A DNA stretch of 43,900 nucleotides from Clostridium sp. CAG:448 (GTDB lineage: Bacteria; Bacillota; Clostridia; Oscillospirales; CAG-272), in assembly GCA_000433415.1 (NCBI GenBank), contig FR890455.1, forward strand, positions 1-43,900, given 5' to 3'. Within the stretch, counting starts at the first letter, position 1, and every line of letters starts with the position of its first letter. Both the position numbers and the translations under genes were made by a program. Positions 35,350 to 43,900 of this stretch are shown in pieces. Below the pieces are notes generated by a model. The model ran no database searches. It saw nothing but the letters and a program-made list of their open reading frames with translations, and was not told the DNA's origin.

Positions 35350-38300
35350 ATGAAAAAAAGAATGACGAGGTCCGGATACCTGCTCTCAGGTGTTCTGGCG
35401 GAAATTTTGCTTGCAACTGCGATGCTTTTTATGCTGTCCTGCCGCGGGGAACCGGAAAATCCAGCCCCAAATGATCCCGTAACAGAAGAATCCGGTACCG
35501 CCGATCCGTCCGGATCAGACAGCGGAGAGCAAACCAGGGCGGAGGAAACCAGCGGGGGGCATCTTGATGGAGATGACCTGTTTGTAGCGGTCCGTTCGGT
35601 TTACCCTGTGCCGCAAAACGTCATTTTGCCGGACGGATCAACGTCGCAGAAAGTACCGGCAATTCCTGCCGCACTGTCCGCGGATGGGGACGCTGCACCC
35701 TACGCAGCGCTTCTGCGGGAGTGGGGGTTTTTGTCCTCGCAGGAAAATGCCCTGCCTGTCCGGATCGCGGTGCAGGATATGTCCGATCTGTTTGCAAGCG
35801 GCGCCGAGGAAGGATATGAATTGGTTCTTTCGTCAGATGGTGTGTGTATTACCGCCGGAAGCGACCGCGGCGTATACTATGCGTTGGTTACGCTTTCACA
35901 ACTGGCGGAAGACGGGAAGCTTCCCTGCCTGACCGTCCGTGATGCGCCTGCCGTTCCTGAACGCGGTGTGATTGAGGGCTTTTACGGAGCGGCGTACACA
36001 ACACTGTTCCGTAAAGAGCTGTTTGCGTTTATGGGGCACCAAAAAATGAATACCTATATCTATGCGCCGAAGGATGACGCAAAGCACCGAAGCAAATGGA
36101 GAGAGCTGTATACCGCAGAGGAGCTGGAAGAATTGCGCACACTAATTGACAGCGCTTCGCAAAACCGCGTCCGATTTGTCTATGCGATTTCACCGGGCGG
36201 CGATATTCGGTTGGATCGCGGCTACAAGCAGGATTTTGCAAATCTGACTGCCAAGTGTGAGCAGCTTTATGAGATCGGTGTGCGTGATTTTGCCGTGCTT
36301 CTGGATGACATTCCGACATTGAATGCGGAAGGACACGCAGGGTTGCTCAACGATTTTCAGGAGCAATTTGTCCGCACGCATGAGGGTGTTTCCGATCTGA
36401 TCTGTATTACCACGGAGTATACCGATCCCATGCTGACCGCATATACAGATCAAATTGCACCGCTTCTGAATCCTGATCTGCGCCTGATGTGGACAGGACC
36501 CGGTGTGGTCCCGGCGTCCATCCGCGTTTCCGATCTGCAAAAAATCAATGCCAAGTACGGACGTCAGGTATACCTGTGGTGGAATTATCCGGTCAATGAT
36601 GTACTGGTAGACCATTTGTACATGGCGCCCTGCCAGGGGTTGGATCAGGAGTTGGCAGGCTCTATCTGCGGATTTGTTGCCAATCCCATGAATCAGGGGC
36701 ACGCTTCACTTTATCCGCTTTTTACGGTTGCCGATTATCTTTGGAATCCCGTGGCATATAATCAGGAAGCCTCCATCCGGGCTGCCGCGGCATATTTGGC
36801 ACCGGATGCCGGGGATGCGGCACTGACCTTCGTTGACATGGTCGGTGCCTGTCCGCAAAACGGGAACAAGTCGACCGTTGCACTGGGCAAGCTTGTGGAT
36901 GAATGGCGGGCTTCCGGCGAGGATCCGAAGAAGCTGAAACCGATTCTGGAAATGCTGGAGCGCATGCCCGGGGATCTGCAGACTCTGCGCCGTGCCGATG
37001 CGGCATTGAATGCCGAAGCAGGCGAATGGTTTGACAAGGCGGAGGCATATTGCCGCATGGCGATTTGTTATTTTGAGGCGGAGCAGGCGTATGCAGCCGG
37101 GCAGACGGATACGGTGCTTGCGCAGATCGGAAATTACAGCCTGTTGGCGGAAACGGTATCCGACAATCGCCGTGTCGTTTCTCCCGACGTTCTGACGCCG
37201 CTGATCGCCGGACTGACCCAGCGGATCAATGTGCTTGCCGGCATTGCGCAACCGTCCGTTTCCCTGCGTGCAACCGCTATTACCAATGCAAACCATTACA
37301 TGGATTATACGGTCGACCGGATCTGCGACGGCGATGACTCGACGTATTTCTGGTCGCACGGCGCCATGTGGCAGGCGGCACCCGGCACGACGGGTTATGT
37401 AGGACTGGATTTCGGTGAAGTCGTTCACATATACAATCTTTATATTGCTACAGGAGAAAACGGCGGGGATGTCTTTACCCATGCGGCAATTGAGTATTCG
37501 ACGGATCAAAAAACATGGACCACCATTTGCGAGGGACAGTTTGGCGAGCAGATCTATTTGGAATCCCTTTCTTTTGACGCACGGTATGTGCGGATGCGCA
37601 ACACCGATACAAGTGCAACCGGCTGGGTCAAGGTGCGGGTGTTTGAGGCAAACACGAATCGCACGGTTGCAGCCATTGCAGGAAAGCCGGGAATTTCCAC
37701 AACACTGACGACCTATCAGGATTACGTGATAGACCATGTGACGGACGGAAATGCCGATACTTACTTCTGGGCGGCACGTGCCGTTGTTGCGGGGGATTAT
37801 GTGATGATGGATCTGGGCGCGCCCTGTCGTATTACCGGCATTTTGCTGGAAACGGGTGTAGGGGGTCACAGTGCGGATTACATGCAGCATGCGCAGTTGC
37901 AGTATTCGGCTGACGGCTATGTCTGGACGGTTCTGGATACCCCCGGGCAGGGCAGAGCAACCTATGAAGGGTTGGAGATTACCGCTCGATATGTTCGTCT
38001 GATTGCCACCGCAGACCAGACCAATTGGTTTACCATGTCGGCATTTACGGTGCTGCACGATCCCTATCAACATCCCTTATTGTCCTCCGACGATGATTTC
38101 CTTTCCCCAGCGGACCTGTGTGCGCTGACGGATCATAATGTTCTGACGGGTGTGACGGTTCCTGCGGGAAACAAGGGCAAAACGCTGACCGTACTTTTGA
38201 CTGATGCCGCGTCTGTCCGCTTCTTTATCGCAGGACAGACGGACGGAGAGGCTGTTGTAACGCTGTACGACGCGAACGGGAAAAAACTGTCTGCGCACTC

Positions 38301-38397
38301 CCTGAGCAGCGGACTGCACTTGGATGTACAGGATGCCGCAACCGCCGTGATTACCTTCGGAAACAGTAGTCTGACCCTTTCGGAAATCCTGTTTTAG
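35350..38397 (+). CDS. GH84 family beta-N-acetylglucosaminidase (O-GlcNAcase/NagJ-like) lipoprotein with two C-terminal F5/8 type C (CBM32-like) modules
   Basis: Lipobox FMLSC. GH84 hallmarks RGVIEGFYGAAY, MNTYIYAPKDDAKHRSKWRELY, catalytic Asp pair in FAVLLDDIP, and LWWNYPVNDV. Two repeats of the type D(R/H)(I/V)xDG(D/N)xxTYFW occur. Confidence 0.9.
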   Translation: MKKRMTRSGYLLSGVLAEILLATAMLFMLSCRGEPENPAPNDPVTEESGTADPSGSDSGEQTRAEETSGGHLDGDDLFVAVRSVYPVPQNVILPDGSTSQKVPAIPAALSADGDAAPYAALLREWGFLSSQENALPVRIAVQDMSDLFASGAEEGYELVLSSDGVCITAGSDRGVYYALVTLSQLAEDGKLPCLTVRDAPAVPERGVIEGFYGAAYTTLFRKELFAFMGHQKMNTYIYAPKDDAKHRSKWRELYTAEELEELRTLIDSASQNRVRFVYAISPGGDIRLDRGYKQDFANLTAKCEQLYEIGVRDFAVLLDDIPTLNAEGHAGLLNDFQEQFVRTHEGVSDLICITTEYTDPMLTAYTDQIAPLLNPDLRLMWTGPGVVPASIRVSDLQKINAKYGRQVYLWWNYPVNDVLVDHLYMAPCQGLDQELAGSICGFVANPMNQGHASLYPLFTVADYLWNPVAYNQEASIRAAAAYLAPDAGDAALTFVDMVGACPQNGNKSTVALGKLVDEWRASGEDPKKLKPILEMLERMPGDLQTLRRADAALNAEAGEWFDKAEAYCRMAICYFEAEQAYAAGQTDTVLAQIGNYSLLAETVSDNRRVVSPDVLTPLIAGLTQRINVLAGIAQPSVSLRATAITNANHYMDYTVDRICDGDDSTYFWSHGAMWQAAPGTTGYVGLDFGEVVHIYNLYIATGENGGDVFTHAAIEYSTDQKTWTTICEGQFGEQIYLESLSFDARYVRMRNTDTSATGWVKVRVFEANTNRTVAAIAGKPGISTTLTTYQDYVIDHVTDGNADTYFWAARAVVAGDYVMMDLGAPCRITGILLETGVGGHSADYMQHAQLQYSADGYVWTVLDTPGQGRATYEGLEITARYVRLIATADQTNWFTMSAFTVLHDPYQHPLLSSDDDFLSPADLCALTDHNVLTGVTVPAGNKGKTLTVLLTDAASVRFFIAGQTDGEAVVTLYDANGKKLSAHSLSSGLHLDVQDAATAVITFGNSSLTLSEILF

Positions 38398-38445
38398 TAG
38401 ACCGGGCGGCTCCTTCCTTTGAGAAGGTGACTTCATCAACTCAAT

Positions 38446-38490
38446 AAAAACCGTCCGATGCCTTGTGTAAAGGCGTTCGGACGGTTTGTT
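38446..38490. terminator. Bidirectional terminator between convergent genes
   Basis: AAAAACCGTCCGA..GCCTT/AAGGC..TCGGACGGTTTGTT. The stem is bipartite and flanked by an A-run and a T-run. Confidence 0.7.
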
Positions 38491-38514
38491 TCTGTATATC
38501 GGTCAATTCCTCTG

Positions 38515-39099
38515 TCAAAGGAGAATGACGCAAAGGCAAAGACAAAAGGAAGCAATTGCCGTAAGCGTTCCCATAGCGAGATCACGTTTGGTGTGCCGGG
38601 CAAGATAGAGGGAGGACCACGCAACTCCTGCGGCTAAGAGAGCGGTGGGGAACAGCCAGTACCATCCCAGGAAATAAACGGCAATCACCAACGGACCGAC
38701 AATCCCACAGGCGTGACCGCTTGCGTGTAGCTTCAGAACCTTATTGAAGAAAATGAGAATAAAGACGGAGCAGAGGTAGGTAAAGAAAATAAACTTCAGT
38801 TGCGGCGTTGTCCGATCCAAAAGACAATAAATGACGCCTCCCACATACCCGATGCCGCTGGTGACGAATGCCAGCTTTCGCTGACCGTCACGCCCCTTTT
38901 TCCGCAGAGCGGGGATCAGCGCGGAAAGCGGATAGGCAAGGGTAGGAAGAACCGCGAGAAATCCGATTGCCGCAAATAGCTGCCCGATATGATAAAAGAA
39001 GGCAGGACGCAGAAAATAAAGTAACAGGAGCAATGTCGTGACTAGGAATGGCGGAACCGTAATGACGCGAATGGATTTTGCAATGGATTTTTTACTCAT
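38515..39099 (-). CDS. Polytopic membrane protein, possibly a PAP2-superfamily phosphatase
   Basis: Six hydrophobic segments are present, with ASGH and RHTKRD motifs resembling PAP2 motifs PSGH and SRX5HX3D. RBS AAGGAG. Confidence 0.6.
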   Translation of the reverse strand: MSKKSIAKSIRVITVPPFLVTTLLLLLYFLRPAFFYHIGQLFAAIGFLAVLPTLAYPLSALIPALRKKGRDGQRKLAFVTSGIGYVGGVIYCLLDRTTPQLKFIFFTYLCSVFILIFFNKVLKLHASGHACGIVGPLVIAVYFLGWYWLFPTALLAAGVAWSSLYLARHTKRDLAMGTLTAIASFCLCLCVILL

Positions 39100-39354
39100 A
39101 GAACTCTCCTTCTGTTTGATGCGATTTTTGTATCTGTTTTTATTTTCCGATTTTTCAAATCAAGGCCCTACCGGATCAGTCGTTTGTGTGACCGGATGCA
39201 GTGAAGGTCACATGCGCCGAGGCAACTGACGGGACCTGATCAGATCCGATGAAAACAGTATACGTCATCCGGCTCTGAAATGCAACCTACTCCGTGTTCG
39301 CGTGCCTCTACACTGCATTTTTGCCGTTGTAGACTTCTGACAGTCAGTTCTACA

Positions 39355-39390
39355 GAAAAAAATGAGGACTCTACGATTCGTAGAGTCCCT
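39355..39390 (-). terminator. Rho-independent terminator of the XRE-membrane regulator gene
   Basis: On the minus strand, GGACTCTACG-AAT-CGTAGAGTCC is followed by TCATTTTTTT. Confidence 0.65.
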
Positions 39391-39429
39391 ACTTTTATAC
39401 GATATTCAGCCGATTTTTGACAAAATACA

Positions 39430-40068
39430 TCATTTTCGGAATTTTGGCAGGCGCAGATGAAAACAAAGCAGAATAATGAGCTGCGTCGGGAGAATGAGCA
39501 CCAGGATCTGCCACCAGTTATGAGACAGGGAGAGAAAAACAAGGTACACCGTCAGAATGAGCGACCATGCAATGCCGGAAATGAAGTAAAAATTGTTTTT
39601 CCGTTTTCCCCAAATGGAATTGAAGACGGTCAGCACAATAAAGATGACTGGTACTGCAAACTGAAAGACCAATGGTTGACGGATGTCACACAGATAGAGT
39701 ACGATAAAGACAAGGATTGCGACGGTCAGGATTCCCATTGCGGTCAGGAGCATGAGGATAATGTAACTGAACCGGTGATTTTTTGCGGCCTTCGGAACGG
39801 GCTCCTCCCCGTGATCGTGCAGCAGGTAATCGACGCTGACCCCGAACAGACGGCTCATCTGCAACAGAACATATGCATCCGGCACGGCATCTCCGCGTTC
39901 CCATTTGGAAATGGCTTTGTCAGAGTAATTGAGCGCATTGCCCACTTCCAGTTGCGTCATTTTCTGTGCCTGACGCAGGGCGGCAATATTGGCGGCAACT
40001 GTCTTGCGTAGTGTTTCCACCGAATCCGCACAGGCGGGCGGGTTTTGTATGGATTTGCCGGTTTCCAA
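39430..40068 (-). CDS. XRE-family HTH regulator fused to a four-TM membrane domain
   Basis: HTH LRQAQKMTQLEVGNALNYSDKAISKWERGDAVPD followed by four hydrophobic helices. A TTG start at 40068 lies 9 nt after AGGAGG. The track ORF extends to 40176. Confidence 0.8.
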   Translation of the reverse strand: METGKSIQNPPACADSVETLRKTVAANIAALRQAQKMTQLEVGNALNYSDKAISKWERGDAVPDAYVLLQMSRLFGVSVDYLLHDHGEEPVPKAAKNHRFSYIILMLLTAMGILTVAILVFIVLYLCDIRQPLVFQFAVPVIFIVLTVFNSIWGKRKNNFYFISGIAWSLILTVYLVFLSLSHNWWQILVLILPTQLIILLCFHLRLPKFRK

Positions 40069-40321
40069 ATGCACATTCCTCCTTTCGGCTCCGATGTGTA
40101 TCAGTATACCGCATTTTGCCCGAAAATGCAAGGGCGGGTGTGAGAAATTCAAGAAAAATTCACGCAATGTTCTCACGGCGATTAAGTAGAGACGGCATAA
40201 TAATAGCGTACTGACCGGGAGGCGGTTTTGTCATTCCGGCAGTGTTGTTTGCGATGTGCGGTGCCTCTTTTTTTCTCGCCGGTGTTGCGGACACAGAGAA
40301 GAGGAGGTGTATAAAAAACCG

Positions 40322-40765
40322 ATGGGAATTTTTAAAAAACGGGTTTCCGGTTTCTTTTACGGCAGGTACGGGATTGATACACTTTACTACGTTCTGATTG
40401 TACTTTACGTGATTATCATTGTCGCGGCTTGGGTGGTTGGTTTACTCTGCAAAAAGACACTTGTGGGCATTATTGTTTATTCCGTACTTTACGTGGTCGG
40501 ACTGCTGCTCTTGTTTTATATATTCTTCCGTGTTATGTCCAGAAATATCCCCCGTCGCCGGCGGGAAAACGAGGCTTTTTTGCGTTTTGTCCATAAGCTA
40601 TCCCCACGCCGTCGCCGAAAGCGCCCGAAGGATGATGCGGAGCACATATTCCGCTACTGTAAATACTGCAAAGCCCTTTTGCGCTTGCCGCGCGAACCGG
40701 GCCAGCATCAGGTTCGTTGTCCGCGTTGCGGGAAGCTGTTTGACCTTTATGTCGATCCGAAATAA
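40322..40765 (+). CDS. Small membrane protein with a C-terminal zinc ribbon (147 aa)
   Basis: Two TM helices, an Arg-rich linker, and YCKYCKALL...RCPRCGKLF. The ATG at 40322 lies downstream of GAGGAGG. It is divergent from the XRE-membrane gene. Confidence 0.65.
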   Translation: MGIFKKRVSGFFYGRYGIDTLYYVLIVLYVIIIVAAWVVGLLCKKTLVGIIVYSVLYVVGLLLLFYIFFRVMSRNIPRRRRENEAFLRFVHKLSPRRRRKRPKDDAEHIFRYCKYCKALLRLPREPGQHQVRCPRCGKLFDLYVDPK

Positions 40766-40814
40766 CCTTTCGCAGAATTGAAAACGGGCAAAACTACTCT
40801 TGTCGGAAAAGGCA

Positions 40815-40861
40815 AAGCCACCGCAAATGGGAGCAAAATCCATCTGCGGTGGCTCTTTTTG
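40815..40861. terminator. Terminator between convergent genes
   Basis: Stem GCCACCGCAAATGG/CCATCTGCGGTGGC followed by CTTTTT. Confidence 0.7.
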
Positions 40862-40952
40862 GTGTAGTTTCTTGCAGTCGGCGTCATGAACGGCAACCAC
40901 CCGGCATCATCTCTGCCGTACGGCGTTTGTGCCGGATGAAACATTTGCGGAT

Positions 40953-41333
40953 TCATTGATCCGCTGTGACCGTTGCGCCAAAGGGGAAAATGGCAAGCTT
41001 CATAATTTTGAAACATTGAATCCCGCGCGGAATGCCGATGAGTGTGATGCAGTTGGCAATGCCGACGGACAGATAAGCAAGCGCCATTTCCCAACCGCCG
41101 ATCAGGACCCAGAAAACATTCGCGACAGGGTGTGATTTGAATTGCAGGACAACGCGTTTTCCCTGGGGCAAAAAGGACAGACGTGCCGCCTTGAAGCATT
41201 GCAGTCCGAAGGGGATGCCGATGATGGTCATGCAAAGTGCCACGCCCCAGATTCCCCATAAAATTGCGAACCAAAGCCCACAGCACAAAACCCAAAGTAT
41301 TTTTGAAATGATACCCCATATTTTACGAAACAT
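40953..41333 (-). CDS. yccF: YccF-domain inner membrane protein
   Basis: Duplicated motif TIIGIPFGLQCFK / TLIGIPRGIQCFK. The protein is 126 aa. RBS AAGGAG. Confidence 0.85.
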   Translation of the reverse strand: MFRKIWGIISKILWVLCCGLWFAILWGIWGVALCMTIIGIPFGLQCFKAARLSFLPQGKRVVLQFKSHPVANVFWVLIGGWEMALAYLSVGIANCITLIGIPRGIQCFKIMKLAIFPFGATVTADQ

Positions 41334-41429
41334 ATCCGTAGCTCCTTGTAAGTAAAGGCGATGTAAGGCATTTCCCTGCTTTTGGCGGTGGTGATTTTTT
41401 CGGAACGATGCCGTCGCCGCCTTGATTGT

Positions 41430-41458
41430 AGTTTACCATAAACGGGCGAGGTTGTCAA
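41430..41458 (-). promoter_or_regulatory. Candidate promoter of yccF
   Basis: The minus strand reads TTGACA, a 17-nt spacer, then TAAACT. It overlaps the stop of the MATE remnant. Confidence 0.4.
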
Positions 41459-42021
41459 TCCTGATTGCTTATGGCATTCTTTCTTTCGCGTACTTCCTTT
41501 TCCCGTTCTCTGAAAATGCGCGGGAAGGTCGTAAAAATGACGATCGTTGTGATGATCCCCGCCACAAGATCCGCAATGCCTTCCGAGAGATACACACCCC
41601 GGAAGCCGAGGAAGTGTGTCAGAACAAAGCAGAGGGGAATCAGGATAATGACCTTCCGTGTGACCGCAAGCAATAGCGCGCATTTTGCCTGTCCGAGCGC
41701 GACATTGACATTTTGCAGGGTCATCTGTACAAAAAACATGATGGAACCCATCAGGAACAGGGGACAGTATTGTTTTACAATCTGCGTGACCGATTCGTTT
41801 GCGGAGAAGAGACATGCGTACATTTCGGGAAATGCGAGTGAGAGTGACCAGACAATCACGGCAAAACAAAACGCAATCACGGTGACGTACCGGATGCCTT
41901 TTTTTCCGTAGTTATAGCTGACAAAAGGCTGCATGCCGTTGCCCAGACCGTTCAGGGAAAGGGAAATCATTCGACACATCCGTCCTTTCCGAACCGGAAT
42001 GAGAAACTTTTCAGGCAGCAA
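41455..42021 (-). pseudogene. C-terminal remnant (about 175 aa) of a MATE-family efflux transporter
   Basis: NGLGNGMQPFVSYNYGKK followed by four or five TM helices resembles only the second half of a roughly 450-aa MATE protein. The ORF's first codon lies inside the hpf terminator, and there is no RBS. Confidence 0.55.
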
Positions 42022-42046
42022 AAAAGCGGCGCCCTTTCGGGCGCCG
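42019..42046 (-). terminator. Rho-independent terminator of hpf
   Basis: On the minus strand, GGCGCCC-GAAA-GGGCGCC is followed by GCTTTTTT. Confidence 0.75.
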
Positions 42047-42063
42047 ATCAGATTCCTGGCATT

Positions 42064-42609
42064 TTAATTGTTCGGCATAATCAGACCGTAAGTGCCGTCA
42101 TTGCGCCGGTAGACCACGCAGACTTTTTCGTTTTCGCTGTTATGGAAGACAAAAAAGGTGTGCTCCAGCAGGTTCATCTGCATGATGGCATCCTCCGGTG
42201 TCATCGGATGGTATTCAAAAATTTTGGTGCGGGTAATCAGGTTGTTTTCCTGATCCTCTTCATAGTCTTCCTCAAAGAAGGGAAGCGGTTCTTCGGGAGC
42301 CGGTATAAATGCTTCCTCACGCAGGCGCTTTGCAAGCTTGGTCTTGTTCTTGCGGATTTGTCGTTCGATTGCGTCTATTGATTTATCCAGCGCGTCCCGG
42401 AAGGATTCTGCGCCCACCTCGCTGCGGAACAGTGTATTCGCAGCGTTGATTGTAATTTCCAGTGTGGAAACGTTGTGCTTGCGGCTCAGCGTTACGGTTG
42501 CTTCCGCTTCGGTCTTGAAGTACTTGTCCAGCTTTGCGAGCTTTTTTTCGATCAGCTGCTTGGTATCTTCGTACACGTTCATCTGTCTGCCGATAATGTT
42601 GATCTTCAT
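42064..42609 (-). CDS. hpf: Ribosome hibernation-promoting factor, long form
   Basis: The N-terminus MKINIIGRQMNVYEDTKQLIEKKLAKLDKYF is typical, and a C-terminal dimerisation domain (VCVVYRRNDGTYGLI) is present. The protein is 181 aa. Confidence 0.95.
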   Translation of the reverse strand: MKINIIGRQMNVYEDTKQLIEKKLAKLDKYFKTEAEATVTLSRKHNVSTLEITINAANTLFRSEVGAESFRDALDKSIDAIERQIRKNKTKLAKRLREEAFIPAPEEPLPFFEEDYEEDQENNLITRTKIFEYHPMTPEDAIMQMNLLEHTFFVFHNSENEKVCVVYRRNDGTYGLIMPNN

Positions 42610-42675
42610 ATAAAAGTACCTCCTCTGTTTTCAGAGGGACGACCGCGTTGTCGTGCCTCCCTCTGTTGCACCTTT

Positions 42676-42704
42676 ATTATAGCATGCTTTTTTGATGTTG
42701 TAAA
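42676..42704 (-). promoter_or_regulatory. Candidate sigma-A promoter of hpf
   Basis: The minus strand reads TTTACA, a 17-nt spacer, then TGcTATAAT. Confidence 0.55.
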
Positions 42705-42797
42705 GTGCTTCCATGAATAAAAGGAGATTCTTTCTGATTTTTGTGGAAAATGACGGTGAACGTTGTGTGGAGAGGGAGCAAGAAATTCCTTTTCTCA

Positions 42798-42826
42798 TTG
42801 ACAAAGTGCGCACATTGGGATATAAT
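42798..42826 (+). promoter_or_regulatory. Consensus sigma-A promoter of ligA
   Basis: TTGACA (42798-42803), a 17-nt spacer, then TATAAT (42821-42826). Confidence 0.65.
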
Positions 42827-42884
42827 AAAAGGGAGTGGGCTATTTTTTGCATATAGATATCCAGGAGAAAGGCGGTTATTCGGT

Positions 42885-43900
42885 ATGGAACAAAAGGATG
42901 CGGTTTATGAAGAATTGGTCGCACTGCGCAAAACGGTTGCGCATCATGCAAGGCTGTATTATGTGGAGGACGCACCGCAGATTCCGGACTATGAGTATGA
43001 CCGGATGTACCGACGGTTGTCGGAACTGGAGGCGGCGCATCCCGAATATTTCGATCCTGCGTCACCGACACAACGCGTTGGCGGAATGCCGCTGGAGAAA
43101 TTTGACAAGGTCACGCACGCGGTCCGGATGAATTCACTTGCGGATGTGTTTTCTTTCGATGAACTGCATGAATATCTGCGCGGCGTGTCTGCCACGGTAT
43201 CGGATGCCCTTTGGTCGGTAGAACCTAAAATCGACGGACTTTCGGTTGCGCTTCACTATGAAAACGGTGTGTTTGTACAGGGCGCAACGCGCGGAAACGG
43301 GGAGGTCGGCGAGGACGTAACGCAGAATCTGCGCACCGTGTTTTCGCTTCCCCTGACTCTGCCGGAGCCGTTGACATTGACTGTCCGGGGTGAGGTCTAT
43401 ATGCCGCGGCAGGTTTTTGAACGACTGAATGCCAAGCGTTCCGCGGCGGGGCAGGCATTGCTTGCCAATCCCCGCAATGCCGCTGCGGGTTCTTTGCGGC
43501 AATTGGATCCCCAGGTAACTGCCTCACGCGGGCTGGATCTTTTCATTTTCAACCTGCAGGCGGGAAATCTGTATACGGACGGACATGCCCTCGTTTCCCA
43601 TACCGAAACACTGGATCGTCTTGCGGCGCTCGGCTTCCCGGTAATCGGGGAGCGCATCCTTACGTCTTCCTATGAGGAGATGATTGCGCAGATCGAAAAG
43701 ATCGGTGCATTGCGGGATGGGCTTGCGTATGATATTGACGGTGTGGTGGTCAAAATTGACGATCTTGCGACCCGTACATTGTTGGGGGAGGGGGTCAATA
43801 CACCCAAATGGGCGGTTGCCTATAAGTTTCCGCCGGAACAAAAACAGACCCGTCTTGTCGGGATCACGGTTCAGGTCGGACGCACCGGCGTGCTGACCCC
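42885..43900 (+). CDS. ligA: NAD-dependent DNA ligase, N-terminal part; it continues past the window end
   Basis: My own translation from the ATG at 42885 gives MEQKDAVYEELVALRKTVAHHARLYYVEDAPQIPDYEYDRMY...VEPKIDGLSVAL...GATRGNGEVGEDVT. This contains the adenylation motif KxDG. The frame is open to base 43900, and the ORF is absent from the track because no stop occurs in the window. Confidence 0.95.
   Translation, partial: MEQKDAVYEELVALRKTVAHHARLYYVEDAPQIPDYEYDRMYRRLSELEAAHPEYFDPASPTQRVGGMPLEKFDKVTHAVRMNSLADVFSFDELHEYLRGVSATVSDALWSVEPKIDGLSVALHYENGVFVQGATRGNGEVGEDVTQNLRTVFSLPLTLPEPLTLTVRGEVYMPRQVFERLNAKRSAAGQALLANPRNAAAGSLRQLDPQVTASRGLDLFIFNLQAGNLYTDGHALVSHTETLDRLAALGFPVIGERILTSSYEEMIAQIEKIGALRDGLAYDIDGVVVKIDDLATRTLLGEGVNTPKWAVAYKFPPEQKQTRLVGITVQVGRTGVLT

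Noticed and set aside
39240-39542. A 100-aa minus-strand ORF between the PAP2-like and XRE genes. Other 60-120-aa intergenic ORFs occur at 15830..16144, 16099..16401, 17789..18040, 18233..18454 and 18318..18827.
   Set aside because: They span terminator hairpins or promoters and lack an RBS. Their composition is Cys/Arg/Phe-rich and non-protein-like.

Overview
This is a 43.9-kb chromosomal window that looks like a Gram-positive, Clostridia-type (Bacillota) genome. Supporting signs are about 50-55% GC in genes, many TTGACA-17-TATAAT promoters, GGAGG-type ribosome-binding sites, lipoprotein signal peptides and a long-form HPF.

Housekeeping genes sit at both edges. On the left are infB, a Sir2 deacylase, a NUDIX hydrolase and an M23 peptidase. 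On the right are hpf and ligA. Two large accessory transporter loci lie between them.

(i) 5.9-14.2 kb holds an Opp/Dpp-type ABC importer in which three of the five transporter components look atypical. The binding lipoprotein is 764 aa with an N-terminal extension. One permease carries a roughly 310-aa seven-bladed RCC1-like propeller in its first external loop. One ATPase has a roughly 175-aa helical insertion between Walker A and the Q-loop.

(ii) 19.2-33.8 kb holds a tightly packed seven-gene operon with no ATPase. It encodes a 1234-aa binding protein with CBM-like modules, two complete MalF/MalG-type permease pairs, a 721-aa NHL-propeller/TPR/Yip1 membrane protein, and a 1577-aa secreted protein with a roughly 490-aa helical insertion. 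A PlsC-like acyltransferase and a GH84 lipoprotein with two CBM32-like modules follow it. This second locus is my best candidate for an undescribed system, a surface glycan capture, processing and import machine. The RCC1-bearing Opp-like importer is second.

Other content:
- a membrane-protein gene broken by three single-base frameshifts
- a small Zn-ribbon/HTH gene pair behind a consensus promoter and a roughly 375-nt terminator-containing leader
- a roughly 535-nt GC-rich repeat-containing leader in front of the big operon
- a truncated MATE remnant
- several intrinsic terminators

I recognised no rRNA, tRNA, CRISPR array, transposase or integrase. All protein-family calls rest on motifs read by eye from the supplied translations. 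No database or structure search was run.
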